Notes under the pieces: model-generated | Databases searched by the model: none | What the model was told of the DNA's origin: nothing | What the model saw: only the letters and a program-made list of their open reading frames with translations | Assembly (NCBI GenBank): GCA_964544475.1 | Contig: CAZJBS010000009.1 | Span: forward strand, 11,639 to 75,638 | Reading direction: 5' to 3' | Length of the DNA stretch: 64,000 bases | From: an uncultured Bacteroidota bacterium | GTDB lineage: Bacteria > CLD3 > SB21 | Position numbers and translations under genes: made by a program | Part shown: positions 1 through 9,319 of the stretch, piece after piece | Layout of the letters: every line of letters starts with the position of its first letter | Position numbering within the stretch: the first letter of the stretch is position 1

Positions 1-135
1 GTGATTGGGGAAAGAGAAGCCGCGGGCAATACGGTGTCCGTCCGGCGGCACGGCAAGGGAGACCAGGGTGCCATGCCAACGGAGGCATTCATCAAGATGA
101 TTACAGACCAGATCCATTCAAAAGTCACCGATTAA
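1..135 (+). CDS. thrS: Threonine--tRNA ligase, 3' end (partial)
   Basis: Frame 1 reads VIGEREAAGNTVSVRRHGKGDQGAM...* (TAA 133-135). This is the typical ThrRS anticodon-binding C-terminus, in the canonical position upstream of infC. Confidence 0.9.
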   Translation: MIGEREAAGNTVSVRRHGKGDQGAMPTEAFIKMITDQIHSKVTD

Positions 136-156
136 CCTAATCAAGGAGACCCAGCC

Positions 157-669
157 ATCGCCAAAGAAGACAAAATACGGATCAACGAGGATATTCGGAC
201 AGCGAAGGTCCGGCTTATCCGGGAGAATGGTGAGCAAGTGGGCATTGTGAGCATCGAACAGGCTTTGCAGATGGCCCGCGCCGACAGTTTGGACCTTTTG
301 GAAATCGTTCCGAACGCGGAGCCACCGGTCTGCAAAATCATCGACTATGGCAAATACCGTTACGAACTGCAGAAAAAGGAGAAGGATCAACGTAAGAAGA
401 CGCACACCGGAGAGCTCAAGGAACTGCGTTTTCGTCCTTCCACCGACGATCACGATTACCAGTTCAAACTCAAACATGCGGTCAATTTCTTAAAAGATGG
501 TTACAAAGTAAAAACCGTCGTTGTTTACAAGGGCCGGGAGATTGCGAATCGCGAGTTCGGGATGGAACTGGCGCAGCGCCTGGTCAACGACCTCGAATCC
601 GTCGGGAAACTGGACAGTCCGATGAAATTCGAAGGCCGGCATATGGTCATGATTTTTGTAAAAAAATAA
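157..669 (+). CDS. infC: Translation initiation factor IF-3 (non-canonical ATC start)
   Basis: IF-3 motifs (RINEDIR...VRLI, PPVCKIIDYGKYRYE, KELRFRP). The ORF extends in frame upstream of the 238 call to ATC at 157, which has SD AAGGAG at 143-148. Confidence 0.95.
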   Translation: MAKEDKIRINEDIRTAKVRLIRENGEQVGIVSIEQALQMARADSLDLLEIVPNAEPPVCKIIDYGKYRYELQKKEKDQRKKTHTGELKELRFRPSTDDHDYQFKLKHAVNFLKDGYKVKTVVVYKGREIANREFGMELAQRLVNDLESVGKLDSPMKFEGRHMVMIFVKK

Positions 670-687
670 GCCACAAGGAGGATTCTC

Positions 688-885
688 ATGCCTAAGATGA
701 AGACCAACAGCGGAGCCAAGAAGCGTATCCAAGTGACCGGAAGCGGTCGCCTGCTCCGCAAGAAATCAACCGCCCGGCATAACCTGGGTCACAAATCCAA
801 CAAACGGAAGAGGCACTTGGCGGGCAAACACGCCGTGGATAAGTCCGACGCCGGTCGCATGCTGCATTTGCTGGCGATGAAGTAA
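688..885 (+). CDS. rpmI: 50S ribosomal protein L35
   Basis: MPKMKTNSGAKKRI...HNLGHKSNKRKR; operon context. Confidence 0.97.
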   Translation: MPKMKTNSGAKKRIQVTGSGRLLRKKSTARHNLGHKSNKRKRHLAGKHAVDKSDAGRMLHLLAMK

Positions 886-930
886 CCCGTTGGGATGAAA
901 GAAATACATCAATGATATAAGGAGACAACC

Positions 931-1281
931 ATGCCTCGTGCAACAAACAACCCGGCATCGAAGGCCCGGCGTAAGAAGGTATTCAACAAGGCCAAGGGCT
1001 TTTTCGGCAAACGGAAGAACGTCCTTCGGACAGCCATTGAGACCGTCGAGAAGGGGATGACGTATGCGACCCGCGACCGGCGCGTCAAAAAGCGCGACAT
1101 CCGATCTCTCTGGATCGTCCGTATCAATGCGGCCGTTCGGGAACAAGGAATGAGCTATTCCCGTTTTATCAGCGCTCTGAAGAAGAATCATATTGATATC
1201 AACCGAAAAGTACTGGCCGACATGGCGATGAATGATCAGGCCGCCTTCGGCAAGCTCATCGAGATCGCAAAAAAATCGTAA
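931..1281 (+). CDS. rplT: 50S ribosomal protein L20
   Basis: MPRATNNPASKARRKK...RSLWIVRINAAVR...INRKVLADMA. Confidence 0.97.
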   Translation: MPRATNNPASKARRKKVFNKAKGFFGKRKNVLRTAIETVEKGMTYATRDRRVKKRDIRSLWIVRINAAVREQGMSYSRFISALKKNHIDINRKVLADMAMNDQAAFGKLIEIAKKS

Positions 1282-1337
1282 CGAGCGGCCGCGCACGCAT
1301 GTTTATGGCGTGTGATGCTTCACAGACGGGTTTGTTC

Positions 1338-1382
1338 AAGAAGCCTTGGCAGAAATCATATTGCTTTAGGCTTCTTTTTTTT
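1338..1382 (+). terminator. Probable intrinsic terminator after rplT
   Basis: AAGAAGCCT...AGGCTTCTT 9 bp stem with a long loop, followed by a T run. Confidence 0.55.
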
Positions 1383-1411
1383 CTAATATTTTCCCAACGA
1401 CATGAAGGGTA

Positions 1412-2428
1412 GTGATGCCTGTTGATCTCGACATCGTGCGCCGGGAATTCACCGAAGAGGTGAACCGGGACGGCATTTCGCGGAACGTTCTTGAAGCGCT
1501 CCACACAAAGTATTTGGGGCGTCGCGGCTTGATCAGCCAGGCGACGGAGATGCTTCGCAGTGTCTCGAAAGATGAAAAACCGCTGTACGGCAAGCGCCTG
1601 AACGAGGTCAAATCGTTCATTGAGGAGCGCCTGGATGTCATTAAGCAGCGTATTCTGGAGGAAGAGGATAAAGCCGGCGCGGAGTTTGATGTGACTCTGC
1701 CCGAGAGACGCCAATTTGAGGGCCACTCCCATCCACTCACCCAGGTGCTGGACCAGATCAAGACGATTTTCTACAGCATGGGATTTTCAGTCGCCGATGG
1801 CCCGGAAGTCGAACTGGATCGCTACAATTTCGAAGCGGTCAACATACCGAAAGACCATCCGGCCAGGGACATGCAAGATACGTTTTTCATCAGCGAATCT
1901 GTCGTTCTTCGGACCCACACAACCCCGGTACAAGCCCGAATCATGGAGAGCCGAAAACCACCGATTCGCATTATCTGTCCGGGGCGCGTCTATCGCAAGG
2001 ATACGCCGGACGCCACGCATTTGCCGGTTTTCAATCAAGTGGAAGGCCTCGCCGTTGATGAAAACATCAGTTTTGCCGACCTGAAGGGGACCCTGCAAAC
2101 GTTTGTGCATCGGATGTTCGGAAAGGACATCGCCACACGGTTCCGCCCGTCTTATTTCTCATTTACCGAACCAAGCGCCGAAGTGGATATGAGCTGTATT
2201 TTTTGCCACGGTACGGGTTGCCGCGTATGCAAACAGTCAGGCTGGATCGAGATCATGGGTGCCGGTATGGTGCACCCTTCTCTTTTCGATCATGCGGGCT
2301 ATGAAAAAGACCGGTACACGGGATATGCATTCGGCATGGGCGTCGACCGGATCGCCATGTTGGTGTATCAGGTGAGCGATCTTCGGATGTTTTTGGAAAA
2401 CGATATCCGTTTTCTGGAGCAATTCTGA
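1412..2428 (+). CDS. pheS: Phenylalanine--tRNA ligase alpha subunit
   Basis: HPARDMQDTF, VLRTHTTPVQ, RFRPSYFSFTEPS, GYAFGMGVDRIAML; carries the CxxC...CxxC insertion. Confidence 0.97.
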   Translation: MMPVDLDIVRREFTEEVNRDGISRNVLEALHTKYLGRRGLISQATEMLRSVSKDEKPLYGKRLNEVKSFIEERLDVIKQRILEEEDKAGAEFDVTLPERRQFEGHSHPLTQVLDQIKTIFYSMGFSVADGPEVELDRYNFEAVNIPKDHPARDMQDTFFISESVVLRTHTTPVQARIMESRKPPIRIICPGRVYRKDTPDATHLPVFNQVEGLAVDENISFADLKGTLQTFVHRMFGKDIATRFRPSYFSFTEPSAEVDMSCIFCHGTGCRVCKQSGWIEIMGAGMVHPSLFDHAGYEKDRYTGYAFGMGVDRIAMLVYQVSDLRMFLENDIRFLEQF

Positions 2429-2444
2429 GTGTGAAAGGCGGAAC

Positions 2445-2642
2445 ATGTTACTAAGGTATGTGCTGAGCGCCATTTTGTTGTATGGAGCTTTTCAGCTGTT
2501 GGTGCGGATGGCGAGATTTATTGGACGCAGCCGGAATGCCGGGCATGAAACGTCCCAAGCCCGTCGTGACGCGGCCAGGGAAGTCAAACCGGCGGCCTAC
2601 GATGTGGAACAGGTACAGGACGCCAAGTTCCGGGACGCCTGA
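2445..2642 (+). CDS. Small hypothetical membrane-anchored protein
   Basis: Hydrophobic N-terminus and charged tail; fills the gap between pheS and ridA. Confidence 0.5.
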   Translation: MLLRYVLSAILLYGAFQLLVRMARFIGRSRNAGHETSQARRDAAREVKPAAYDVEQVQDAKFRDA

Positions 2643-2700
2643 ACCATCCCGGGCCAGTCGAAGGGCAGGTTCCAATCATTCCTATCGGAGAAGTAGTGAT

Positions 2701-3090
2701 ATGAGCAAAAGTGCCGTAAAAACGCCGTTGGCGCCGCTTCCCATTGGTCCTTACAGCCAGGGCATCGTGGCCGCCGGGAAAATGCTGTTCACGTCCGGGC
2801 AGATCCCCATCAATCCCCACACTGGAAAAATAGAAACGGATGACATCCGCCAGCAGACGCGCATCGTTTTGGACAATCTCAATGCGATCCTGCAAACGGC
2901 GGGATCACGCCTGGACCACGTGGTCAAGACCACCGTTTTCCTCAAGAGTATGAATGACTTTGGAGCCATGAATGAGGTTTATGCGGAGTATTTTTCGCAG
3001 AATCCACCGGCACGATCCACGGTTGAAGTGGCAAGGCTGCCTAAGGATGTCTTGGTCGAAATCGACTGCATGGCGATAGTTCCCGAATAG
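2701..3090 (+). CDS. ridA: RidA/YjgF family reactive-intermediate deaminase
   Basis: [38 protein letters not shown]. Start set at ATG 2701. Confidence 0.92.
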   Translation: MSKSAVKTPLAPLPIGPYSQGIVAAGKMLFTSGQIPINPHTGKIETDDIRQQTRIVLDNLNAILQTAGSRLDHVVKTTVFLKSMNDFGAMNEVYAEYFSQNPPARSTVEVARLPKDVLVEIDCMAIVPE

Positions 3091-3098
3091 GGGCACCC

Positions 3099-4040
3099 AT
3101 GACTGTTCCGTACCTATTCATCGTAAATCCAGTTTCCAACCGCGGCAAATCGTCACGGGTTCTTTCCCGCATCGAACGGTATCTGGCATCGCAGCAGATG
3201 GTTCATCATTATGCCACGACGACCGGACCAGGTCATGCGGTGACTATCGCGAGAGAAAAAGCCTTCGATTATGATGTCTTGGTGGCCGTGGGTGGTGATG
3301 GCACGGTGCACGAGGTGGCGAATGGTTTGATGCAGGCGCGTTTGTCCAATCACGAAGTGAAAACGCCCGCCGGCCTGGGCATCGTACCCATCGGATCGGG
3401 CAATGATTTCGTAAAGATGATAGGACGGTATCGGAACGTTGACGATGCGATCGCCTGTCTCAAGACGCACCGATTAATGCCATTGGACATCGGCGAGCTT
3501 ACGGTGGATGGCCGGATCACGGTCTTTTTCACCAACAACGTCGGAATTGGCTTTGATGCTTTTGTGAATGCCGAGAGTCTCAAGATCAAAGTCGTCAAAG
3601 GAGTATTGATGTATCTTGCGGCGGCTCTCAAATCGATCTTTCAATACGACCATCCCTTTGTGGAATGGGAATCGGACGGGGTACGCCATTCGGACAAAAT
3701 CCTTCTGATCAATGCCGGCAATGGCCGATGTTCGGGCGGCGGTTTTTATTTGACACCCGACGCGGAAATCAATGACGGGCGACTGGATATCTGCGTCATT
3801 CGTTCGCTGACCAAACGCGGTATCCTGATGAAATTGCCCAGGACGTTCAGCGGCGCCCACCGGGATTTGGAAGACGTCAGGCTGTTTCGAACAGCCGATT
3901 TGCAGATCCGGTCGTCCAACGACCTGCCCATTCATGCCGATGGCGAAGTGATATCGCTCAAGGCCCGTGAGGTTCGCCTACGAATTCTGCCTTCGGCTCT
4001 TCGTGTGCTGGCCCCGGTCTCCAATGGAGAAAAAGTATGA
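3099..4040 (+). CDS. Diacylglycerol kinase family lipid kinase (YegS/BmrU-like)
   Basis: VNPVS, VGGDGTVHEVANG, PIGSGNDF, GNGRCSGGG, HADGE motifs. Confidence 0.9.
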   Translation: MTVPYLFIVNPVSNRGKSSRVLSRIERYLASQQMVHHYATTTGPGHAVTIAREKAFDYDVLVAVGGDGTVHEVANGLMQARLSNHEVKTPAGLGIVPIGSGNDFVKMIGRYRNVDDAIACLKTHRLMPLDIGELTVDGRITVFFTNNVGIGFDAFVNAESLKIKVVKGVLMYLAAALKSIFQYDHPFVEWESDGVRHSDKILLINAGNGRCSGGGFYLTPDAEINDGRLDICVIRSLTKRGILMKLPRTFSGAHRDLEDVRLFRTADLQIRSSNDLPIHADGEVISLKAREVRLRILPSALRVLAPVSNGEKV

Positions 4041-5740
4041 CCGGCGAGGCCCTCCCTTCCAAGTCTGAATTTGGCACCGGTCCCGTGGATCGCGAAGTCG
4101 AAATCATCGAATACGAATTGTCGCCGAAGGTGACCGAGAAGCGTTCCAAGAAGACCGAACTGGACATATCCCTGGAACAGCTCTTCATCGAAAATCTCTC
4201 GATGAGCGACGACGTCAAGACGGAGGAGAGATTCCGCAAAGAACTGAAACGCAAAAGGATCGACGAGCAATCGAGAGCGCTGACGGTGATCGGTGAGGCC
4301 GGCGACGCGGACGATGGCGTAACCCATTACGCGACGACCTTTCTGCATAATCTCGCCGACCAATTGGTTCAGGATACGCATTCGACGGAGAGGCAGCGGA
4401 CGGCCGAGGGCAAGAACGCGGAATTGCTAAATCGGTGCTGGAATGTGCGGGACTGCCCCGATCATTCGTGCATATCCTATCAGGCCGTCAATCCTCGGTG
4501 CTGGTATGTGGCCGGCGAAAACTGCGGTTGCCGAACCCATCTTGGCATTCCGTCGTGCATGGATTGCATGGTATTCCAAATGGCCACCACCGATCCGTTG
4601 GTGCGAATTCGGGAGACGGTTTATTATGTGCTGGGCATGGTCCGAACGCGCAACGATCGCGTCCGGTCTCTGGATCGGGAAATCGTCGATCTCAAGAAAC
4701 GATTGGATCAATTGCGTTATCTCAGAAAACAGGAGCCCATTACCGAGTTGGATTCGGGCCGGTTTGAGGAACAACTTGTCGATGAATTGGTCAGTTTTTC
4801 ACGCCAGACGCAGAAGCTCGAATCTCCAAAGGACCAGGCGATATTCGATCAGCAGAAGATACTGACGGAACAACTGGGAAGCGCCTACCTTCAACTGCAG
4901 TCGCTCACGGCCGAATTGGAAAAAACTAATCGTGACCTCGAGCAGAAAGTGGCCGAACGAACGGAAGAATTGCGAAAGAGCAACGTCGCCCTGCGCGAAG
5001 CGATCAAGAAAACACAGGATGCCGATCGCCTGAAATCGGAATTCATCGCCAATGTGAGCCACGAACTTCGAACCCCTCTCAACTCCATTATCGGTTTTTC
5101 CAAAGTATTGCTCAGCGGCATCGACGGCGAGGTCAATGATACGCAACGCATCGATTTGACAGCCATTTATAACAGCGGCCGTCACCTGCTGGAAATCATC
5201 AACAGCATCCTGGATCTGTCGAAAATTGAAGCCGGTAAGATGGAATTGAACTTGTCGACTTTCGATATTGTACCGCTCATTGACGAAATCGTCACGGCCA
5301 GTCAGACGCTTGTGATGGGCAAGAAAGTCAAAGTGGAATCCAAGATTGTGGGCAGTATTCCTTTGATTGAGGCCGATGCGACGAAAATTCGGCAGATCAT
5401 TTTTAACCTCGTTTCGAATGCCGCCAAGTTTACGGACGAAGGCATGATCTTGATTCATGCGAGCGTGGAGGAACATGGTCTGAGAATAGCCGTGGCCGAC
5501 ACAGGTATGGGCATTGACAAAGAGGAAGTCCAACTTGTGTTTGAACGGTTTCGACAGTTGGATGGATCGAGTACGCGAAAGGCCGGCGGAACCGGCCTCG
5601 GGCTGAGCATTGCCAAGAAGTTTTCAGAAATGCACGGTGGAGACATCACCGTAGAAAGCAAGATCGGCAAAGGATCCACGTTTATCATTACCCTCCCTCT
5701 TTCACAAAAAGGGCGCCTGCAGCCGGCGGCGACGACATGA
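4037..5740 (+). CDS. Cytoplasmic sensor histidine kinase with N-terminal Cys-rich (two-CW-like) domain
   Basis: H-box FIANVSHELRTPLNSIIGF, N-box FNLVSNAAKF, G1 DTGMGI, G2 GGTGLGLSI. No TM segment; 8-Cys cluster at ~4436-4576. Confidence 0.92.
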   Translation: MTGEALPSKSEFGTGPVDREVEIIEYELSPKVTEKRSKKTELDISLEQLFIENLSMSDDVKTEERFRKELKRKRIDEQSRALTVIGEAGDADDGVTHYATTFLHNLADQLVQDTHSTERQRTAEGKNAELLNRCWNVRDCPDHSCISYQAVNPRCWYVAGENCGCRTHLGIPSCMDCMVFQMATTDPLVRIRETVYYVLGMVRTRNDRVRSLDREIVDLKKRLDQLRYLRKQEPITELDSGRFEEQLVDELVSFSRQTQKLESPKDQAIFDQQKILTEQLGSAYLQLQSLTAELEKTNRDLEQKVAERTEELRKSNVALREAIKKTQDADRLKSEFIANVSHELRTPLNSIIGFSKVLLSGIDGEVNDTQRIDLTAIYNSGRHLLEIINSILDLSKIEAGKMELNLSTFDIVPLIDEIVTASQTLVMGKKVKVESKIVGSIPLIEADATKIRQIIFNLVSNAAKFTDEGMILIHASVEEHGLRIAVADTGMGIDKEEVQLVFERFRQLDGSSTRKAGGTGLGLSIAKKFSEMHGGDITVESKIGKGSTFIITLPLSQKGRLQPAATT

Positions 5741-5744
5741 TGTC

Positions 5745-6893
5745 ATGAATTCCGGAAAACGAAAAGTTCTCTACGTAGAAGACAACGAGATGAACCGGCT
5801 TCTCGTCCGGCGGCTTCTGGAGGCAAGGGGGTTTGAAGTTATCGAGGCCGGAGACGGCATCAGCGGTGTGCGCCTCGCGGAGGAAATGGAACCGGATCTG
5901 ATCCTCATGGACATCAACCTGCCTCTTCTGGACGGCCATGCGGCAACGACGCGCATCAAGAGCATCAAGCGGCTTTCCCATATCCCCATCATCGCCGTAA
6001 CGGCGAACGCCATGGAGGGAGACCGTGAGCGATCCCTGGTGGCCGGTTGCGACGGTTATATCAAGAAACCGCTGGATGTGGAGACGTTTCCAAAACAGGT
6101 CGAGGATTTTTTCGCCGGTATTCGTGAAGAAATCGAAAGCACGCAGCATCAGTTGTATTCAAGAGAATACAACGAGAAACTCGTGTATACGCTGCAGAAA
6201 CATATCGAGGAACTGGAACTCAAGGGGAGACTGATTGAACAACAATCGAAGGAAATGGAGGAGGCGTACCTCGGAATCATCATGTCCTTCCTTCGTGCGG
6301 TTGAAGAAAAACACGCCTATACGGCAGGTCATTCGGCGCGCGTTCGAGCCTACTGTCTGAAGATTGGCGAAAAGCTGGCTCTCAGTTTCGAAGATATCGA
6401 GAGATTATCCCAAGGCGCATTGCTTCACGATATCGGAAAGCTGGTGATTGAGATTTCCAGCCTGAAGAATACCAGTGACCTTAGCGAGGAAGAATGGCGT
6501 GAAATGAAGCGGCATCCTGAGGTTGGCTACAATATCCTGAAGCCGATCAAGTTTCTGGCCGGCGTCATCAACATGGTGCACCAGCATCACGAACGGTGGG
6601 ATGGGCTGGGCTATCCCCAGGGCCTGAAGGGGGAAGGCATTGACTTTCTGGCCAGTATCGTGTCCGTGGCTGACAGTTACGATGCGATGTCCACGAATCG
6701 AGGTTACAACAAAGTCCTGACGACGGAGGAAGCCAAGGCTGAGTTCCGTAAGTGTTCGGGCACTCATTTCAATCCGGTCGTGGTGAAAGCCTTTGTGAGC
6801 GTCCTGGAGGATATCGAAGAGCGCATGAAACAAAGGGCGGCTTCCCGGGGCACCAAGATGGATCTCAAACCGGATATGTCCCTTTGGACCTGA
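5745..6893 (+). CDS. Response regulator with HD-GYP phosphodiesterase domain
   Basis: REC domain (VEDN, LMDINLP, TANA, KKP) plus HDIGK...HHERWDGLGYPQGLKGE. Confidence 0.92.
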   Translation: MNSGKRKVLYVEDNEMNRLLVRRLLEARGFEVIEAGDGISGVRLAEEMEPDLILMDINLPLLDGHAATTRIKSIKRLSHIPIIAVTANAMEGDRERSLVAGCDGYIKKPLDVETFPKQVEDFFAGIREEIESTQHQLYSREYNEKLVYTLQKHIEELELKGRLIEQQSKEMEEAYLGIIMSFLRAVEEKHAYTAGHSARVRAYCLKIGEKLALSFEDIERLSQGALLHDIGKLVIEISSLKNTSDLSEEEWREMKRHPEVGYNILKPIKFLAGVINMVHQHHERWDGLGYPQGLKGEGIDFLASIVSVADSYDAMSTNRGYNKVLTTEEAKAEFRKCSGTHFNPVVVKAFVSVLEDIEERMKQRAASRGTKMDLKPDMSLWT

Positions 6894-6910
6894 CCGGCCT
6901 TAGAATTCAT

Positions 6911-6939
6911 TTGACTTTTTTCGAAAACTATTTTAGGTT
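6911..6939 (+). promoter_or_regulatory. Sigma70-type promoter for the exbB-exbD-tonB operon
   Basis: TTGACT-N17-TAGGTT, ~90 bp upstream of exbB. Confidence 0.5.
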
Positions 6940-7028
6940 TGCATCACTTGCCCAAGCAAGCACTTCCTAACGACCTTGGCAAATCAAAGTTAATCCCATT
7001 TTGAGTGTTCACCAAAGGAGTTTGAATC

Positions 7029-7655
7029 ATGGAAAAGTCACTGATCGATTACTACTGGGATGGCGGCGGCTTCATGCACCCGATTCTCGCGGCGATGATT
7101 ATCGGGCTGGCTGTGTGCATTGAGCGCTTTATTACCCTGTCCAGATCCGGTGTGAACACGAGAAAATTCCTCGTCAAGATCAAGGCGGCTTTGGATGAAG
7201 GCGGCGTGCAACGCGCGGTCGAGGTTTGCGCCAACCAGCGCGGCTCGGTCGCTTCTATTTTCCACGCCGGTCTGATGCGCGCCGAAAAGGGTGTCGATCA
7301 GGTCGAAAAAGCGATCGTTAATGCCGGTGCCATTGAAATGGCCTTCCTGGACCGGGGCATGGTCTGGATTGCCTTCTTCATCGCCATTGCGCCGATGCTG
7401 GGATTCACCGGCACCGTGCAGGGCATGATTTTGGCCTTTGACGCCATTGCCAAAGCCAACGATATTTCCCCGGCCATCGTGGCGACGGGTATCTCAGTGG
7501 CCCTGCTCACCACACTTTTCGGCCTGATTGTGGCGATGATCCTTCAGTTTTTCTACAATTACTTCACCGCCAAGATCAATCGGTTGATTGTCGATATGGA
7601 AGAGAGCTCGGCGTCACTTGTGGAAGCCATCGTTGAAATGGAGCAGAGACGATAA
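7029..7655 (+). CDS. exbB: MotA/TolQ/ExbB proton channel family protein
   Basis: APMLGFTGTVQGMI and GISVALLTTLFGL TM motifs. Confidence 0.9.
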   Translation: MEKSLIDYYWDGGGFMHPILAAMIIGLAVCIERFITLSRSGVNTRKFLVKIKAALDEGGVQRAVEVCANQRGSVASIFHAGLMRAEKGVDQVEKAIVNAGAIEMAFLDRGMVWIAFFIAIAPMLGFTGTVQGMILAFDAIAKANDISPAIVATGISVALLTTLFGLIVAMILQFFYNYFTAKINRLIVDMEESSASLVEAIVEMEQRR

Positions 7656-7676
7656 TTACCGAAAGTAGCAACCACC

Positions 7677-8081
7677 ATGCTTGTTGAAAAACGAAAAACA
7701 GCTTCCGCCGAAATTCCGACGTCCTCGCTTGCCGACATGGCTTTCCTGTTGCTGATTTTCTTCCTCGTGGTGACGACCATCGGGAGCGACAAGGGCATTG
7801 ACCTCGTTTTGCCGCCGGAAGGTGACGTGAAGGAAATTCCGAAAACGAATATTCTGAATATTCTGATCAACGATAATGGCGACATTCTGATTGATGAGGA
7901 GCCCCGATTTCTCAATCAGGTCAAAGACATCGTCAAAGAGCGTCTGGCAAGGAATCCGGACAAGCTGATCGTTTCGGTCAAGACCACCAGGTTAACGCCG
8001 TACAAGGTCTTCATTTCAGTGATGGATCAGTTGAAACAGGCGGAGGCCAAGAAGATATCACTGGCTGAACCGGAGAAATAG
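7677..8081 (+). CDS. exbD: ExbD/TolR biopolymer transport protein
   Basis: IPTSSLADMAFLLLIFFLVVT. Confidence 0.88.
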   Translation: MLVEKRKTASAEIPTSSLADMAFLLLIFFLVVTTIGSDKGIDLVLPPEGDVKEIPKTNILNILINDNGDILIDEEPRFLNQVKDIVKERLARNPDKLIVSVKTTRLTPYKVFISVMDQLKQAEAKKISLAEPEK

Positions 8082-8093
8082 GGCAGTACACTT

Positions 8094-8516
8094 ATGAAAT
8101 TCCACAAAAAGAAAAGAAGCGTAGCGGTCATTCCCAGCGCATCGATGTCGGACATCGTGTTCACGCTGTTGTTGTTTTTCATGGTGACAACCGTGATCAA
8201 GAAGTTCACGGGTTTGCCGGTCGAAGTGCCGGAGGCCTATCGCATAGAGAAACTGGCGACCAAAACGCACACATCCTACATTTGGGTTGACGATACGGAA
8301 ACGGTTTCCTTTGACGACTATCCCATCCGGACGATGGACGAAGTCTACACGATTGCGCGTGAGAAAATTGAAAAAGACGTACAGTTGCTGGTTTTCCTTC
8401 GTGTGGACCGCAATGCAAAAATGGGCATTCTCAATGATGTCCAACAGGAACTCCGAAAAGCAGGCGCCTTGCGGATTTTCTACGGAACGAAATCCAAAGC
8501 GACGCCTGATTACTAG
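8094..8516 (+). CDS. exbD: ExbD/TolR biopolymer transport protein (second copy)
   Basis: IPSASMSDIVFTLLLFFMVTT...LRVDRNAKMG. Confidence 0.88.
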   Translation: MKFHKKKRSVAVIPSASMSDIVFTLLLFFMVTTVIKKFTGLPVEVPEAYRIEKLATKTHTSYIWVDDTETVSFDDYPIRTMDEVYTIAREKIEKDVQLLVFLRVDRNAKMGILNDVQQELRKAGALRIFYGTKSKATPDY

Positions 8517-8563
8517 TCACCGGAAGGCGTGCCAAGAAGCCGAATCGGCGGGAAGAGAGTACT

Positions 8564-9208
8564 ATGAAAACAACAGAACTGAAAACGCAGTACAAGAAGG
8601 TGTTTGAGCTTTCTTTGATAATCTCACTTTTTCTTGTGACTGTCATGTTCAAGTTTTTCGTGTGGTCAGCGTCGGATAGCGACCTCAATAAGCCGACGAT
8701 TCAGTTTGAAGTCTCCAAGGTTGATTTGACCAAACAAATCAAACGTCCGCCGCCGCCACAAAGGCCGGTTGTGCCCATTGCGTCGGAACAAGAGAACCTT
8801 CTTGGGGATGAAACAATCGACGATACGGACATTGATCTGGAAGACATTCCTCCTCCACCACCTCCACCTCCTAAAAAGGATACGGGGGACGATGAAGCGG
8901 ACGTTTTTGTGGCGTACGATTCACCGCCCCAATTGGTTGGCGGTTATGACTTCATTCGCAAGAACTTGAAGTATCCTGAATTGGCCAGACAGGCCGGCAT
9001 CGAAGGCAAGGCCCACATCAAGGCTATTATTGATGAAAAGGGCAATGTCGTGCGTGTTGAAGTGCTGAAAGAGGACGGCAATGTCGGGTTTGGTCAAGCT
9101 GCCGCGGATGTTGTCAAGAAGGCAAAATTTCAGCCGGCCATGCAGCGTGACAAACCAGTCAAGGTTTCGATCACCATTCCAATCACCTTCCGACTAAAAG
9201 GGGGATGA
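8564..9208 (+). CDS. tonB: Energy transducer TonB
   Basis: N-terminal TM, poly-Pro linker, TonB_C domain (KYPELARQAGIEGK...FQPAMQRDKPV). Confidence 0.9.
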   Translation: MKTTELKTQYKKVFELSLIISLFLVTVMFKFFVWSASDSDLNKPTIQFEVSKVDLTKQIKRPPPPQRPVVPIASEQENLLGDETIDDTDIDLEDIPPPPPPPPKKDTGDDEADVFVAYDSPPQLVGGYDFIRKNLKYPELARQAGIEGKAHIKAIIDEKGNVVRVEVLKEDGNVGFGQAAADVVKKAKFQPAMQRDKPVKVSITIPITFRLKGG

Positions 9209-9238
9209 ACGATCCCAACTCAAAAGTATATTCCTCTG

Positions 9239-9267
9239 AAACGCCCGCAATTTGTTGCGGGCGTTTT
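9239..9267 (+). terminator. Intrinsic terminator-like hairpin between the two tonB genes
   Basis: AAACGCCCGCAA-TTTG-TTGCGGGCGTTT, perfect 12 bp stem. Confidence 0.7.
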
Positions 9268-9319
9268 GCGTTATATGGGTAACCATTGGCAGTGCCAAAA
9301 AAAAACCCGGAGGTAAGTC

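Noticed and set aside
1282-1411. Possible T-box or pheM-like attenuator before pheS
   Set aside because: No T-box consensus and no Phe-rich leader peptide; only a terminator-like hairpin.
9286-9300. Sigma54 promoter (TGGCAC on the minus strand)
   Set aside because: No TTGC at the required -12 spacing.
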